From the human T2T-CHM13v2.0 reference genome, Homo sapiens, in assembly GCF_009914755.1 (NCBI RefSeq), contig NC_060927.1: a stretch of DNA of 64,000 bases. One strand, written 5' to 3'. Every line of letters begins with the position of its first letter. Positions within the stretch are counted from its first letter, which is position 1. Positions 1 to 16,059 of the stretch are shown here, in pieces. Both the position numbers and the translations under genes were made by a program. A model generated the notes under the pieces. The model did not search any database. It saw only the letters and a list, made by a program, of their open reading frames with translations, and had not been told where the DNA came from.

Positions 1-571
1 CTGTTTTACACCAGCCCCTCGGTTACAGAAAGATTTGTTACAGAGTAATAGCTAGCTAATATAATCAATGCTTCAAACTTCCAGATCTTTGGAGGGCTGA
101 AACTGTAAAGAATTATGCCAGATAAGCTACTTATTATTACTCTAGCCCATTTCATAGTTTGGAGAAGACCAAGCAAAACAATTCAATCTCTGGACATTTG
201 GAAAGGCTTTATTACAATGAATTCAGCCAAAAAGAGAGTCATCGAAGTAGGCCTCTGTGACACTTTTGTCAGAGTTCTTTCAGTGACTGTGGATAACAGA
301 GAAAAAAATAGATGAAGTTTTCTCCCAGGCTATCCTGCCTGTGCAGGCTGCATTCCCCAGTACATTGTCCAGAAATAAATCTTCCCTCCAGGTTTTCGCC
401 ATTCTTGCTCACTGAGTAGTTCAGCACTCGGGACACACTTTGGATGGCTAAGTGTCCTTTCAATATCCATGGCTATGAGTTAATTTAATAGGTATTTCTA
501 TATAACGTTGCCTTGGCCATATCTTTCATGGTATGACATTGTCCAGTGATAGGATTTAAAATGTATTTGTA

Positions 572-874
572 GGTCAGGCATGGTGGTTCACACCTGTAAT
601 CCCAATATTTGGGGTTATTGAGATGGGAGGAACAGTTAGGGCCAGGAGCTTGAAACCAGCCAGGACATAGAGATTCCATCTTTACAGAAAATAAAAACAA
701 ATTAGCCAGATGTGGTGGCACACAGCTGTAGTCCTAACTACTTTGGAGGCTGAAGCAGGCAGATCCCTTGAACCCAGGAGGCTGCAGTGAGCTAATGATC
801 ACACTGCACTCTAGCCTGAGTGACACAATGAGACCCTATATCCAAAAATAAAATAATAAAATAAAATAAAAATA
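572..874 (+). mobile_element. AluJ (full dimer, diverged)
   Basis: Two Alu arms with A-rich linker, (AAAAT)n tail; degenerate TSD aaaatgtatttgta (558-571) / aaaatgcatttata (875-888). Confidence 0.95.
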
Positions 875-1282
875 AAAATGCATTTATACAATACATTAGA
901 CTGTAGCTTTGATGTAGGAATGGAAGAAATTGTGTCCCTTAATTTCCAATTGGGAGAAAATGCCTTGTACCAAGAAATACAATGCAATAAAACTGTCAAG
1001 GAATGTATGGAATAATTTATGTAATTTAAAGAACATATGTTTAACTTTTGCTGTTATAGAACAACATAGATACAGGAAACTTTCAAATATAGAACTTCAC
1101 ACTGTAAATAAGACCCAGATCTCTTTGGCATAACTCAATCAAAACTAACATTTCATTTATGGTATATTTGTTTGATATTGTTCTTTCCCCCCTACTCACT
1201 CTTGCTTGTTCATGTGAGCATCTCTTTATCACGTGGTACTAAAGTTTCTATTCTATTTTAGTTATCCCGTACATCTCATATA

Positions 1283-2350
1283 TAGTCATGTGCCAAAAAA
1301 TGACATTATGGTCAACAATGGCTTGCATATATAAAGGTGGCCTATATAATTGTAATGGAGCTGAAAATTTTCCTATTGCCTAGTATTACTAAAAACTACT
1401 TTATATCATTATTTTAGAGTGTACTCTTCCTCCTAATTAAAACAAAGTAACTGTTATAACAGCCCTAGGCAGGTCCTTCAGGAGATATTTCAGAAGAAGG
1501 CATTGTTATCATAGGAGGTGACAGCTTCAAGTGTGATATTGCTTCTGAAGACCTTCCAGAGGGACAAGAAGTGGAGGTGGAAGACAATGAAATTGATGAT
1601 ACTAACCCTGTGTAGGCCAAAGCTAATGTGTGTGTTGATTTTTAATAAGAAGTTTAAAAATAAACATTTAAAATTTTAAAACTAGATAAAATAACATAGA
1701 ATAAGAATATGAAGAAAGAAAATATTTTTGTATTGCTGACAATGTGTTTATGTTTTAAGCTAAGTGTTATATTAAAGGGTGAAAGAGTTAAAAAACTTAA
1801 AAAGTTTTAAAGCAAAACTGGTACAGTAAATTAAGCTTAAATTATTATTGAAGAAAAAATTTTAAATAAGAAAATTTTTAAATAAATTGATGGTACCCCA
1901 ATTGCATAATATTTATAAAGTCTACAGAGCTGTACGGTAATATCTGAGGCCTCTGCATTGACTCGCCACTCACTCACTGACTTCCCCAAAGCAACTTCTA
2001 GTCCTGCAAACTCCATTCATGGTAAGTGCCCTATATAGGTGTATTATTTTTATCTTTTATACCATATTTTATTATACCTTTTTATGTTTAGATATATTTA
2101 TATACACAAGTACTTACCATTGTGTTACAATTACCCATGGTGTTCTTTACAGCAATAGTCTGTACAGGTTTATAGCCCAGGAGCAATAGGCTATTCCATA
2201 TTACCTAGGTAATATTACCTAGGCTATCCCATCTAGGTTTGTAAGTACAATCTAGGATGTAAGCATACCCCATGATGTCTGCCTAATGACAAAATTGCCT
2301 AAGGATGCATTCCTCACAACATATCTCAGTTGTGAAACAATGTATGAGTT
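1283..2350 (+). mobile_element. Tigger3b-like (TcMar-Tigger) DNA transposon
   Basis: Starts tagtcatgtgcc..., contains ggagctgaaaattttcctattgcctagt, ends ...ggatgcattcctcacaacatatctc...tgtatgagtt; TA flanks. Confidence 0.88.
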
Positions 2351-2987
2351 TAGTTAATTATGTTTTCATCATCTTAATAACAATAATAATCCAAAACTTA
2401 TGTTAGAATAAACCTCTGTATTTCTGGGTTTTTTTTTTTTTTACATAATGACCATGACTTTCTTGAGTAAAATGTGATGATAGTTGAATGTAGTAGCTGA
2501 ATTTTTGATTATTATAAAAATTAATACATATATACATACATATATATATACCCAATTTAGACACAACATATCACACAGTTCAGACCCAGAATCCTGGCCT
2601 CTTTTAAATTTGTGAACATAAGTTACTGAATATCAAACAACATCAGCCTTCTTAGTGCACAAAATACATGGCTGGATTATGCTTTTTAAATGATGAAACA
2701 TGTTTTATTTTATAAAAAAGGTGTGTAAGTCAAAACTGGATTATGTAAAAGACTGATAGCTCAGGGAATGTCTACTTGAAGAAAGCTCTGGTAAAATTCA
2801 GAAAATATAAAATAAACCAATTTACTTAAAATAGTTGAAAAGATGGTCTGAATATTCATTTTCCAATGAAATTGGCTGATTAATTTGCCTCTTTGAAATG
2901 AGTTCAAAATATTAAATTCATAAATATAATATTAATTTTTAAAACTTCTTATAAGGAGCTCTTTTTGTTAGGAAATAAGAAGCCATT

Positions 2988-3056
2988 TTGTTCATACATA
3001 AAATAGATTTAAAAAATTAAAAAAAGATAAAATAAATCTATTTTATGTATGAACAA
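2988..3056. repeat. Perfect 24-bp inverted repeat, 21-nt spacer
   Basis: ttgttcatacataaaatagattta (2988-3011) is the exact reverse complement of 3033-3056. Confidence 0.95.
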
Positions 3057-3222
3057 CAAAACATAAATTAGTTTAAAATAAGAGCATAAAGATAAAGGAA
3101 ATATATCTTTCAGGAATCAGCATCATAAGTTACTTCCTAACAATATTTACAAATTTAAAATTAAGTAACTGGAAAGCAATTCTTAAGGTTACTGGACTTT
3201 GTGAATATGATAAATGTTTACT

Positions 3223-3687
3223 CTATTAGACAGAATAATGGCCCTGAAAGTGTCCATATCTGTGAATACATGAATTCACATGACAAAAGGGACATTGTAG
3301 ATATGATTAATTAAGAAATTTGAGATGAGAACATTACTCTGGATTTTTTGAGTGGGCCTCAAATAATCATTAATATCTTTATGAGCGAAAGAGAGAAGCA
3401 GGAGGGTCAAAGTTCGAGGTGAGCCAAAACGGAAGGCAGAGCAGAGGTTCAAGAGGTGCAATGCAGGCTTGGAAGATGGAAGGGTTACATAATCCAGGGA
3501 TCAGACATCTTCTACAAGGTAGAATAGACTTTCTTTTCCAGAGAATATAGAAGCACCCATGTTGACACATTGGTTTTAGCCCAGTGAGACTCATTTCTAA
3601 ACTCCAATATTGTGGGGTAATAAATTTTTATGTGTAAGCTAATAAATTTGTGGTAATTTGTTACATCCACAGTTGGAAACTTTGTAT
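3223..3687 (+). mobile_element. MLT1D-like MaLR solo LTR
   Basis: cagaataatggccc...aaaagggacattgtagatatgatta...gtggtaatttgttaca motifs. Confidence 0.8.
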
Positions 3688-4384
3688 GTGCAAAGGCAAT
3701 AAAAAATGCAACTAAAGCACAGAAAACTTTGACATCCAAATTTAAAATAGATCCTTAGGTTTCTTTGATATTTAAAGCAGGATTAAGTCTAATTTAAACA
3801 GGATTTTTAAAAAGTCTTGCATGGAATCTCTTTTGATTTGTATTAAAGATAAAGCTAGAACTCTGATAGTGCTATCAGTATCATAAAAAATTTAATGTGG
3901 CTGCAGTAAAATTTGGGGTGAAAAGGACAGTGATTTTATGCACATTTCTGGATTCAATTATTTGATATGAAAGTAAAAGATTTCTAAACTTTAAAAAATT
4001 TTTTTCACTAATTATGCATTTTAGATAGAATGAAATATTTTTAAAACACCTCTAAATTTAGAAATAGTGTGAAAAATATCATGTTAGTTTTGAAAATGTT
4101 GAAGAATACATCAGTGTGCACTATTAGTAATGGTAGATAAACTTCTGAAGATGATTTTAAATTGGAAGTTCTATAAACTGATTGCTCAGATTCACAGATA
4201 TCCAGTGATTCAAATGGTTGGTCACAATTGGTTTCCAATTTTATAGTTTATGTTTTCTTTAAGATGTCTAGTGTTTCAAGAATTATTACTTAAAGAATGA
4301 AACTAATATGACTATAAAATCAGATTATGAGAATGAATAATGTTAATTAAATTCTTCTTGAGTCCAGCAGCATACTAGCCACTG

Positions 4385-4545
4385 ATAGCCTTGCCATTTA
4401 TCATCCATGGGAATTTAAGCAAGTTATTTACATGTGTTAAGACTTGTTTACTTCATCCACAAAACAGGAATAATAATAATACATGTCATATAATGTTCCT
4501 GTGAGTGGGTATTAAGTCAGAAAACACCTATCAGTGTCTAGTATG
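4385..4545 (+). mobile_element. MIR fragment
   Basis: Degenerate MIR core: gcaagttattta...cttcatccacaaaacaggaataataata. Confidence 0.6.
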
Positions 4546-4964
4546 CTGAATTTAGTGTGAGATTTGAAGCTGGGAAATGTGATATTGGCACCCACTCTTG
4601 TAACAAGTCCAACATATTGACTCTTTAGTAGGTAGAATAAGTACCTGATTTATTTATTTTCTAGAGAACACATTTCGAATGTATTTTGAACATAACCATT
4701 TAATTGATAAAGAATAAAATTTGTGTAAATTTCTAAATCTAGTTCTTTATTTTCATAGGAAATTTCTGGGGAAAAATAAGATTAGAAATTTGGGCATGGG
4801 TTTTTTTTTTCTACTTACCTGAAAAACTATGCTAAAAATGTATTTTAATTGGAATGACTATTAATTCATTAAATGTATGTTATTTTCATAATACTAATGC
4901 AAAAAATAAGTTACAACAAACTTTATTTAGAAAAAAATTAAAATATAACAATAGCTAAAATATT

Positions 4965-7905
4965 TAAACAAGATTGATAGACCCTCTAGCTGGATTAACA
5001 AAGAAAAAAAAGAAGATCCAAATAAGTACAAGCTGAAATGACAAAGATGACATTACAACAGATCCCACAGAAATACAAAAGATCCTGAGAGAATACTATT
5101 AACAACTCTATGCACACAGATAAGAATATCTAGTGGAAATAGATAAACTCCTGGAAATACACAATCTCCCAAGATAGAATCAGGAGGAAAATGAAACCCT
5201 GAATAGACCAATATCGAGCTCTAAAATTGAATCAGTGGTACAAACAAACAAACAAACCAACAAACAAATGAAAAAAGCCTATCAACTGAAAAAAAGCCTG
5301 GACCAGGTGGATTCACTGTCAAATTCTATCAGACATACACAGAAGAACTGGTACCAATCCTGCTAGAACTATTCCAAAAAATCAAGGAGGAGGGGCTCCT
5401 CCCTAACTCATTCTATGAAGCCAACAACAGCCTAATACCAAAATCTGGCAGAGACACAAGAAAGAAAGAAAACATCATGCTAACATCCCTGATGAACATA
5501 GACGCAAACATCCTCAATAAAATACAACCAAACCAAATATAACAGCACATTAAAAAGTTAATAGACCACAATTAATTAGTATGTATTCCTGGGATGCAAA
5601 GCTTGTTCAACATAAGCAAATCAATGCATGTGATTCACAATATTAACATAATTAAAAGCAAAAACCATATGATCATCTCAAGAGATGCAGAAAAAGGTTT
5701 TAGTAAAATCCACCATTGCTTCACGATTAAAAAAAAAAAAACCCTCAACAAATTAAGCATCAAAGGAACATAAAACAATAAGAACCATCTATGATAAGCC
5801 CACAGCCAACATAATACTGAATGGGCAAAAACTGGAACCATTTCCCTTAAAAACTAGAACACGGTAAGAATGCCCTCTCTCATCACTTCTATTCAATATA
5901 TTAATACTACTGGAAGTCATAGCCAGAACAACCAGGCAAAAGAAAGAGAAAAAAAGGCATCCAAATAGGAAAAGAAGAAGTTAAGCTACCTGTTTTCTGA
6001 TTATATAATTTTATTCCTAAAAAACTTTCAAGATTCTGCCAAAGCCTCCTACAACTGCTAAACAACGTCGGTAAAAATTTTCAGGATACAAAATCAACGT
6101 ACAAAGTCAGTAGCATAACATTTATACTACCAATACTAGTAGACCATAAGGCCCAGGCTCAGAGCCAAATCTAGAACACAATCCTATTTACAATAGCCAC
6201 AAGAAAATGAAATACGTAGGAATACAGCTAACCAAGGAGGGAAAGGTCTCTACAAGGAGAACTGCAAAATGCTGATAAAGGAAATCAGAGACAACACAAA
6301 TAAATGGGAAAACATTCCATGTTCATGGATTGGAAGAATCTGTATTATTACAATGGTGATCCTGCCCAAAGCCATTTACAGATTCAACAATATTATTGTC
6401 CAACTACCAAGAATATTCTTCAAAGAATTAGGAAAAAAAAAACTATTCTAAAATTCATATGGAACTAAAAGTGAGTTCAAATAGCCAAAGCAATCCTAAG
6501 CAACACAAATAAATTTGGGGGCATCACACTACCCGACTTCAAACTATATTATAAAGCTATCATAACCCAAACACACAGTACTTGCACAAAAACAGGCACA
6601 TAGACCAATGAAACAAAATAGAAAACTTAGAAATAAAGACGTGCACCTGTAACCATCTTATCTTTGATAGGCCAACAAAAGCAAGCAATGGGGAAAGACT
6701 CCCTATTCAATACATGGTGCTGGGATAACTGGCTAGCCATATGCAGAGAAATGAAACTGGACTCAACCATATACAAAAATTAACTAAAGATGGATTAAAT
6801 ACTTAACTGTAAGACCTTAAACTATAAAAATCCTAGAAGGAAACATAGAAAATACCCTTCTCAACATCAGCCTTGGCAAAAAAATTTTGGCTAAGTCACC
6901 AAAAGCAATTACAACAAAAACAAAACTAGCCAATGGGACCTAAGTAAATAGACTACTTACAAAACGGTATAAAATATTCACAAGTTATACATCTGACAAA
7001 GGTCTAATATCCAAAATCGATAAGAAACTTATCAAAAGACAAATAACCTCATTAAAAAACTAGCAAAGAACATGAACAGACACTTCTCAAAAGAAGACAT
7101 ACCTGTGGCCAACAAACCCATGAAAAAATGCTCAACATCGCTAATCATCAGAGATACAAATCAAAACTACAATGAGCTACCATCTCACACCAGTCAGAAT
7201 GGCTACTACTAAAAGTCAAATAAATAATAAATACTGATAACGCTACAGAGAAACAGAAACATATATAAACTGTTGGTGGGAATGTAAATTAGTTCGGCCA
7301 CTGTGGAAGCAGTTTGGAGATTTCTCAGATAACTGAAAACAGCACTACTAGTTGATCCAGCAATCCCATTACTGGGTATATAACCAAAGGAAAATAAACC
7401 ATCCTACCAAAAAAAAAAAAAAATCCACGTGCACTTATATATTCATTGCTGTGCTATTCACAATAACAAAGACATGGAATCAACCTAGGTGCCCAACACT
7501 GGTGAACTGTGTAAACCAAAGGTGGTACATATACCCCATGTAATAGTGTGCAGCCATGTAAAAGAACAAAATCATGTTATTTGCAGCAACATGGATGTAA
7601 CTGGAGGCAATAACCTGAAGTAAATTGACGCAGGGACAGAAAACCAAATTGCACGTTCTCACTTATAAGTGGGAGGTAAACATTGAACACACATGGGCAT
7701 AAACATGGGGATTATAGATACTGTAGACTACTATAGAAGTTAGAAGGAGAGAGAAGAAATGGACGGAAAAACCACCGATTGGGTACTCTGCTCACTCTCT
7801 GGGTGATGGCTTCCCTACCCCAAACCTCAGCAACCTGCATTATACCCATGTAACAAACCTGCGCTTATGTACCTGTATTTAAATAAAAGTTTAATTAAAA
7901 AAAAG
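4965..7905 (+). mobile_element. 5'-truncated L1PA15/16-like LINE-1 (disrupted ORF2 RT region, 3'UTR, A tail)
   Basis: ORF2 remnants ([13 protein letters not shown]...LPKAIYRFN); 3'UTR ccccaaacctcagc...tatacccatgtaacaaacctg; aataaa. Confidence 0.92.
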
Positions 7906-8874
7906 TTAAATTAAGAACAAATGTTAAAATAAGAAATATCGAAAACTCAGCAGTGCCTGAAATGTTTAAACATTTACCACTTGATACAAGAATAAATAAA
8001 TAACTTTGGTATTAAAAAGTTTATGCAATGCCCAAATTTGTTTGAAAAAGTATTTTATCTTATATTAATGGTTTCTGCAAGGTATTTTTGTTCATTACTC
8101 TCTCAAATAATGTTCATTTCTTTTAAGAATTCTTAGTACTTCATTGTTTTTTTCAATGATTGCTGGTATCCCAGAAAGATTATTTTTAATTCTGCATATT
8201 CCCACAGGGGAACAGTCATATATTGGTGTAGCACTTATGTCTGTAGATCCCTAGAGGAATAAATGCTGATAAAGCCTGGAAGATCCAAAGGAATTTAACA
8301 TCTTTTACTAAAATTGATACAAGATGGTTAATGTATCATTAAAACAATCTCACCTATAAACACTTCACAATTTTGTTGGGATGCTTTTATTTTTGGAACT
8401 TTTACTCGTTCTTATTCCTGAGGCCTAGAAGATCACAATGTCTAACATATTTTACAGAAAATGTAATACAAAATGAATGTAATTTTATTAAAAATACTGT
8501 TTTACTAACAAAAGTGGATAAAAACAATACATTTTAAAATTATTCACACGACATTTACTATAAAGTCCTTTGATGTTTACTTAAGGTTCATATCTTCAAG
8601 GATCGAACATTATACCGTACCACAATAACCTATACCAATTTTCTAATTTGAAAAAATCTTATAGCAGCTTCACATATATATGGATATAATTTTGCCCTCC
8701 ATCTGCTATGACTATTTTGTTTAAAAATTGTATGATCATAAATCAGGTTATCTTTCACTAGTCACTAGTGAGGTTATTGGCAATTTGGTCCCTATAGTCC
8801 TGTCCTAGTTTCTGCCCTATGGTTATTTGCTATATGTAGTATTTCAAGTCTGATGTGTTTTTTGATTGTTTTAC

Positions 8875-9001
8875 TTTCTCTCCCCTCCCTCCTTTCTTCC
8901 TTTATTCTTTCTTTTTTTCCTTGTTTTCCTTTTACTCGTCCATTCTCCCTTCTCCCTCCTCTTCCCTCTTCTCATCCCTCTTCTCCCCTTTTCTTTTCTT
9001 T
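8875..9001. repeat. CT-rich low-complexity polypyrimidine tract
   Basis: About 125 nt almost entirely C/T. Confidence 0.85.
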
Positions 9002-11177
9002 AGCATATTGTTAACCAAATAATATATTGAAGTCAGAGCTTATTTCAAAAAAGCCTGTGTTTGTGGATAACATCAGATTTGTCATGATTTTAGTGACGTA
9101 GCTGAGGTTAAAAACATTGGTTTTGATATAAATGTGTTCAACTCCATGTAGAATGAGTAAGAGTAGCTTTATGTTTCTTTCTTGTAATTTCCCCTCTTTA
9201 TATTACATTTCAAATTAACCTCTGTTCTCAAGTGGTTTCTGGAAGACATTTCACTGATACTAAGGCTTGTATCACTCAAAGTATGTGAGAAAAGAAAAAC
9301 AATGACAAGATTGTCCCAATATTTTAAGATTCTAGAGGGAAATTAAATTTATCTGTGATATTCTTTGCTACTAGTTGCTAGCAGTGCTAGCTGTGGCTCC
9401 CTATAAAGGTCTGTGTTCTGCTTTTATAAATAGAACACATCCTATTTATAAAATAGAAACTTGTTATTGTAAAATTGAAACTTTATCTCCCTAAGTTTAT
9501 AGTATTTTAAATCTTTGGCTTTCAATCTTATGAAAGGTTTATAAACTGAGTCAAGGCAAAGTATTTTGTAAATAATTGCTGGTCTCCACAGCATGCAAAC
9601 ATACCTCTTGCTTATCATTAAAATGGGAAGATTTTTGTGTGTATACCTGTAGCTATTTCATAATTTCCCTTTTTCTCTAGCTTTCCTTTTTTGGAGCTCA
9701 TTGCCCATTTTTTGCTTAGCTAGTTCTCTGGGCATTATGCCCAGCTTGGGTTAATATTTGTTTATTTTCATTTACATTATCCAGGATGATGTTTTTTAGC
9801 TGGGTGCCTTAGAAATGATTGTAATTCAGTAGCAAGGAATATATTTATTAAATACATAAGTACATTAGATCATCAGAGATGTTTTTCTAACATCAGTTAA
9901 ATGACAGATGAGTATATATATTTTGTGATTTTTTTAGCTTGGTAACCTTTTTGTCTTTAAGCCAGTTTAGATTGTTTCATGTCTAGATGGGTTCATGTCC
10001 CTTCCTGTTATTCCAAGGGCAATCATGTGTTAATATCCCTTGCTATTTCACACTTTAAAAAGACAAGGGAAAATGTGTGTTTTAAGCAACAAGTACTTTG
10101 GTTAAAGAAAGTGATTAGATTGATGTAAACTAAATGAGATGACTTAAATACTATATCTGTAAGGATTTGCTCAAGAAAACAAAAAGTATGCAAGGTATCT
10201 TATCAGAAAGGGATATAGTAAAGGGAATTGAAAGCTTGCTTATCATTTCCTAGAGAGAGAAAATATCAGAATCACTTCTAGAATTTAGAAAATCAAGGAC
10301 AATCAAGAAGAAAAAAGATCAAAAATTTTTTTCAAAATAAATATATTATAAATTTACCATTTGCACTTCTCACTGTCAATTGTCAGTCTATATCTCAGAT
10401 ATTGCTGCTTAATAATTGAAGAAGCAATATTTGCAGGAAACTAATCTGTAGCTGCAGTTCTATTTACTTCAAGAAAACATTACAAGTATATATAGCTATG
10501 TTTGAGGTGAAATCTTAATTTTAAATTTGAACAAATCATAAATAAGTACAAAATTTAAGAATAGAATCATTAGAGACAAACTATTAAAAATAAATTATTT
10601 ATGTTGGAAGAAATATTAAAGCAATATGAATACAACACAAAAGCAAAAAGAGAAGCCAGATGGCTGGAGAAATATTTTTCTGAATTGAATAAAAAAGCAC
10701 CAAAAGCTAAAGAGATTGCAGGTAATATTACAGATAAAGAGAAGATAAAATGGAAATTCATAGATATGGTTTTTAATTCTTTACAGGTATTATTTCCTTA
10801 AATTCTTCCTTAGCTCTGAAAGAATCCATTTTTATATTAGAGAATCTTACTGTAGGACTCAACTAATGTAGATCTAATACCTGCTTTATTTCAAACATTG
10901 TAAGATTAGCCTAATCTTGATGTGAAAACAGATAAATTAGCATAAGAAAGAAAAGTTGAAAAGAAAAAAAATAAGAATGTTTTAATGCTGTATATCTTTA
11001 CCTCCTTCCCCTAGTATTTCTGAAATTTGTGACTATTTGAAAGGTAGAGAAAACCAAGTAGATACCAGTTTGCAGGACGTTTTACAAAGAAGATGGAACA
11101 CAATTGCTTTTTAGCCTACTTTTCTTTTAATATAATCATAGCAGTGGGTAAAACAAGCAAGATAAAATGGAAGGTAG

Positions 11178-12319
11178 TGTCACAGGATCCTTGAGGTGTT
11201 GCTTTTCCAGCCAGAAACCTCTATGGCTGGCAATGACTTTGCCTGAGTTTTGCTGAGGCCCTCTTGGCTGAGGCCCTCTTAGTTCACCCTACCAGCCTGG
11301 ATTCCACGCCTGCCAAGGGCGAGCCAGGAGCAGAGCGGAGAGGGGTGTGTGAGCGAGTGATTGTGGGGTCCCACCACTGCATACAGCCAGGCACGCCGGC
11401 TGACACAGGGCAGGCTGCTCCAGGTACCGGCATGGGCACCAGATCCCTGCAAGGCTGCGGCTGGACAAGGCATACTGCAAGTGGGTCATCTCAACAACTG
11501 CTCAGCTCTCAGCAGAGAGGAGACCCGCAATGAGTCGCTCCTCTCCACAGGCAGGTCTTCCCAACTTCTCCCCAAATCTCACTGAGTCTGGGAATTGTAT
11601 GGGCTCCAAAGGAGAGGAACTGAATGCTGATTGGTCCATGGGTGGCCATGGGCAAGCCAGAAAATGTTCCATAAGTTCTCACTCTGGTCAGCAGAGCTGG
11701 CAACCCAGCCCCAGTACTTCAAGCTGTCCCAGGCCTGAAGGTGGGGCTTCATCGGGGGAACCCACCCTTTTCCACCCAGAAGCCTGTCTGCCTCCAGCTG
11801 CCATCAACCTGCCATACCAATGCCCAGGCTGTTGGTGCTATGGGATGCCTGCAGGCCTGTGCCAATCTACTCGCAAACCTGCCTTGGCCTCCTCCCCATG
11901 CTCCTTGGTGCCCAAAGTCTAGACGGGACCAAGGCAGCAGGATGCTGGCATGTCAGTGCTGCCTGAGCCAGTGCACACCTGACCGGGTTATGACAGCAGC
12001 CAGGCTCAGCCACAACTTTGCTCCAATATCGGGGTGGACACCGGGAGCAGAGAGAGGCCAGGCAGCAGGAGCAGGCACTTTTAAGCCTGCAGGGGTAAGA
12101 GTGATTCTGGCCCCCCAAGAGTGGAAAGGTGCTTGGGTCCCCAGCAATGGCTGGGCAGCTGCAGCTGCACCTAGGAAGGCGGGGCTCCTCCCCCTCCAAC
12201 TCAGAAGGGGATGAGGCTTCCACCTGTTCCAGGCTCCTGCCAGCTCTGTAGAGTGTGGGGCCTGGGCCATGTCTCCCTTACTGTAGACAACGTCATGGCA
12301 GCAGCCACCACTACCATTA
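11178..12319 (-). mobile_element. MER52-family (ERV1) solo LTR
   Basis: GC-rich island; minus strand has gctgctgccatgacg, ggagcaaagttgtggc, ggatcctgtgaca end; 4-bp TSD gtag/gtac. Confidence 0.85.
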
Positions 12320-14217
12320 GTACCTTAAATGATTTTTAGTACAGTCAAAACTGAACTACTCATTGGAAAAACATATTTGAGTATTACCATAAGCTTCCAA
12401 AAGTAGATACTTAAATCAGTGTTTTTATGCATAATTGAAACCACAAAACCCTCTATTCATGTCTACACAACTTATTCCAACGTGGAGTTTCAGGTGATTT
12501 TCTGCTTTATTTGAGTTATTGTTTACTTCATTCATTTATATTTGTTCTCATTCAAAGATCATCATTGTAAAATTGAGTCTCCTTGGTAAAGCAAATATGT
12601 TACCTGTGGGCTGTTATGAAATCTTATCCCTTCTTACACTCATCATTTCACTCTTGTATTGAAAAGAATTTAAAAGTTACAAAACTTCTGCTGGTTTCTT
12701 CTTCAGTGTGTAGATCTGTATGGTCTTTCTAATAGTAACAATTAGATTTATTTCTACAAAATAAGCTTGAAATATTTTAATCTTTATAGTTTAATTAATT
12801 TATAGATTTCCATTATGAATTGCCCTCCTATTCAATTCTGACCACTCAAAAATAAACTAAGAAAGATAATTTTATTTATGAATATTGAACACAATTTCTA
12901 AGAAAGCATTAACACATAGTAACCATCATTATGGTAAAAATATTTCTGACAGATTAATTCTAGAACTTGTATTATTGTGAATAATCATATTAATAATACA
13001 TTTTGTAACAACATACCAAGGAAAAGTAAAACAATGCACATCTGCATAACTGCCAACAGTATTTGAAAAAGTTATATATTAATATTTACTATTCATTTTT
13101 ATTATATTAGATTGAGTACATATACCATTAGTATTATACATGCACATTTATACAGAATTGGCAAAAAATCATAGATTTTTAAAACAATAGGAACATACTC
13201 ATTAAATCAAGTAGGGGAAAAAAGGTGATTGTTTTTACAGCTCCTATTCAGATTTGTCCTAGAAGTAGTGGAAAATAGAAGTAGGCCAAAAAATATACAA
13301 ACAGTATAAATATTAATGTGCAGTAATTAAAATATTCAAGTAAGAGGACACATTGTTTTCTTATTGAAAATCCTTAATATGGACAGAAAAACTGTTTTGA
13401 AAAGAACATTCAGTAAAGGCAGTATTTAAAACTAATTAAATAGTTAATATCCTTCCTAAAGTAAAAATATTCTTATTAATTTGCTAATGAAACAACGGCC
13501 ATCCAACGTTTCAGCCTCCAGTAGACTCAATATTATTCAGATGCTAATTAACCTCAAATTATTCATTTGATTTAAAGGATTGCCAAAATTATTCCATAAG
13601 TTTACTGTTCTTTCACTAAGAAAAACCATCTAAAATGTTACATACCAAACATACATAAATAATACAAAATGGGGAAAAATGTAATTCTAACTATCATTAT
13701 TCTATAACAGTTCTCTAATTTTAGCAATAAGTCTTATTACTATTATCCATTTTCTCTATCTACTTGCTTATTCTTTTTAGATTAGATATATCTAGTTTAA
13801 TAGATATTTCATTTCTTATCATTTTATCATTTTTTATTATTAAAACAATTCTAGTGTATAGATGCTGTTGGTTTCAAATACATATATGTATTGTCTTATT
13901 TTCTGGTTGCTTTAACATCTATTAAGATAAAGCTTACAATCATCTGCTTGTACTTTGTTGAACCTCCTCTCTTTAATCACCTCTGGCCTTTCTTCATCAT
14001 CATCTCTTACGGCCATCTTCAAGCCTTTCTTCATGCCAACAGCAGCTCTCTCAAAAATCTCAATCTCAAGTACTCCACTCTCTAACAATTATATCTTTTT
14101 TTTTTTCCAGCTCACATCCTCTAGTACCTTGACTTCATTCACACCTTTATTTCACCTGGAATTAAAATACAATGATCCTACCACTTTTCATGCTTCCTCG
14201 TCCCCTTAACATCTCTT

Positions 14218-15925
<1,708 letters not shown>

Positions 15926-16059
15926 TGATTATTTCACACCCAAACCTCTGCAGTCAACTGTGACTGGAGAAAACTAGCCCTGCTGGGTGGTATCAAGTTA
16001 AATTCATGACCACTACCCTCAGGAATGTTCTGAATTACTTAACATAATAAACATCGTTC

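Noticed and set aside
4813-4821. Perfect CAG|GTAAGT donor on the minus strand (another on the plus strand near 27630)
   Set aside because: No convincing acceptor or exon-like composition; isolated matches can occur by chance
7905-7972. Possible 3' transduction after the L1 (aaatatttaaaca / aaatgtttaaaca as TSD)
   Set aside because: AT-rich match with no second poly(A) before the putative TSD
10601-10801. Lys/Glu-rich 66-aa ORF
   Set aside because: Explained by A-rich composition; no recognisable homology
11264-12270. Cluster of overlapping 64-157 aa ORFs on both strands
   Set aside because: All lie in the GC-rich MER52 LTR, where stop codons are scarce; no recognisable protein
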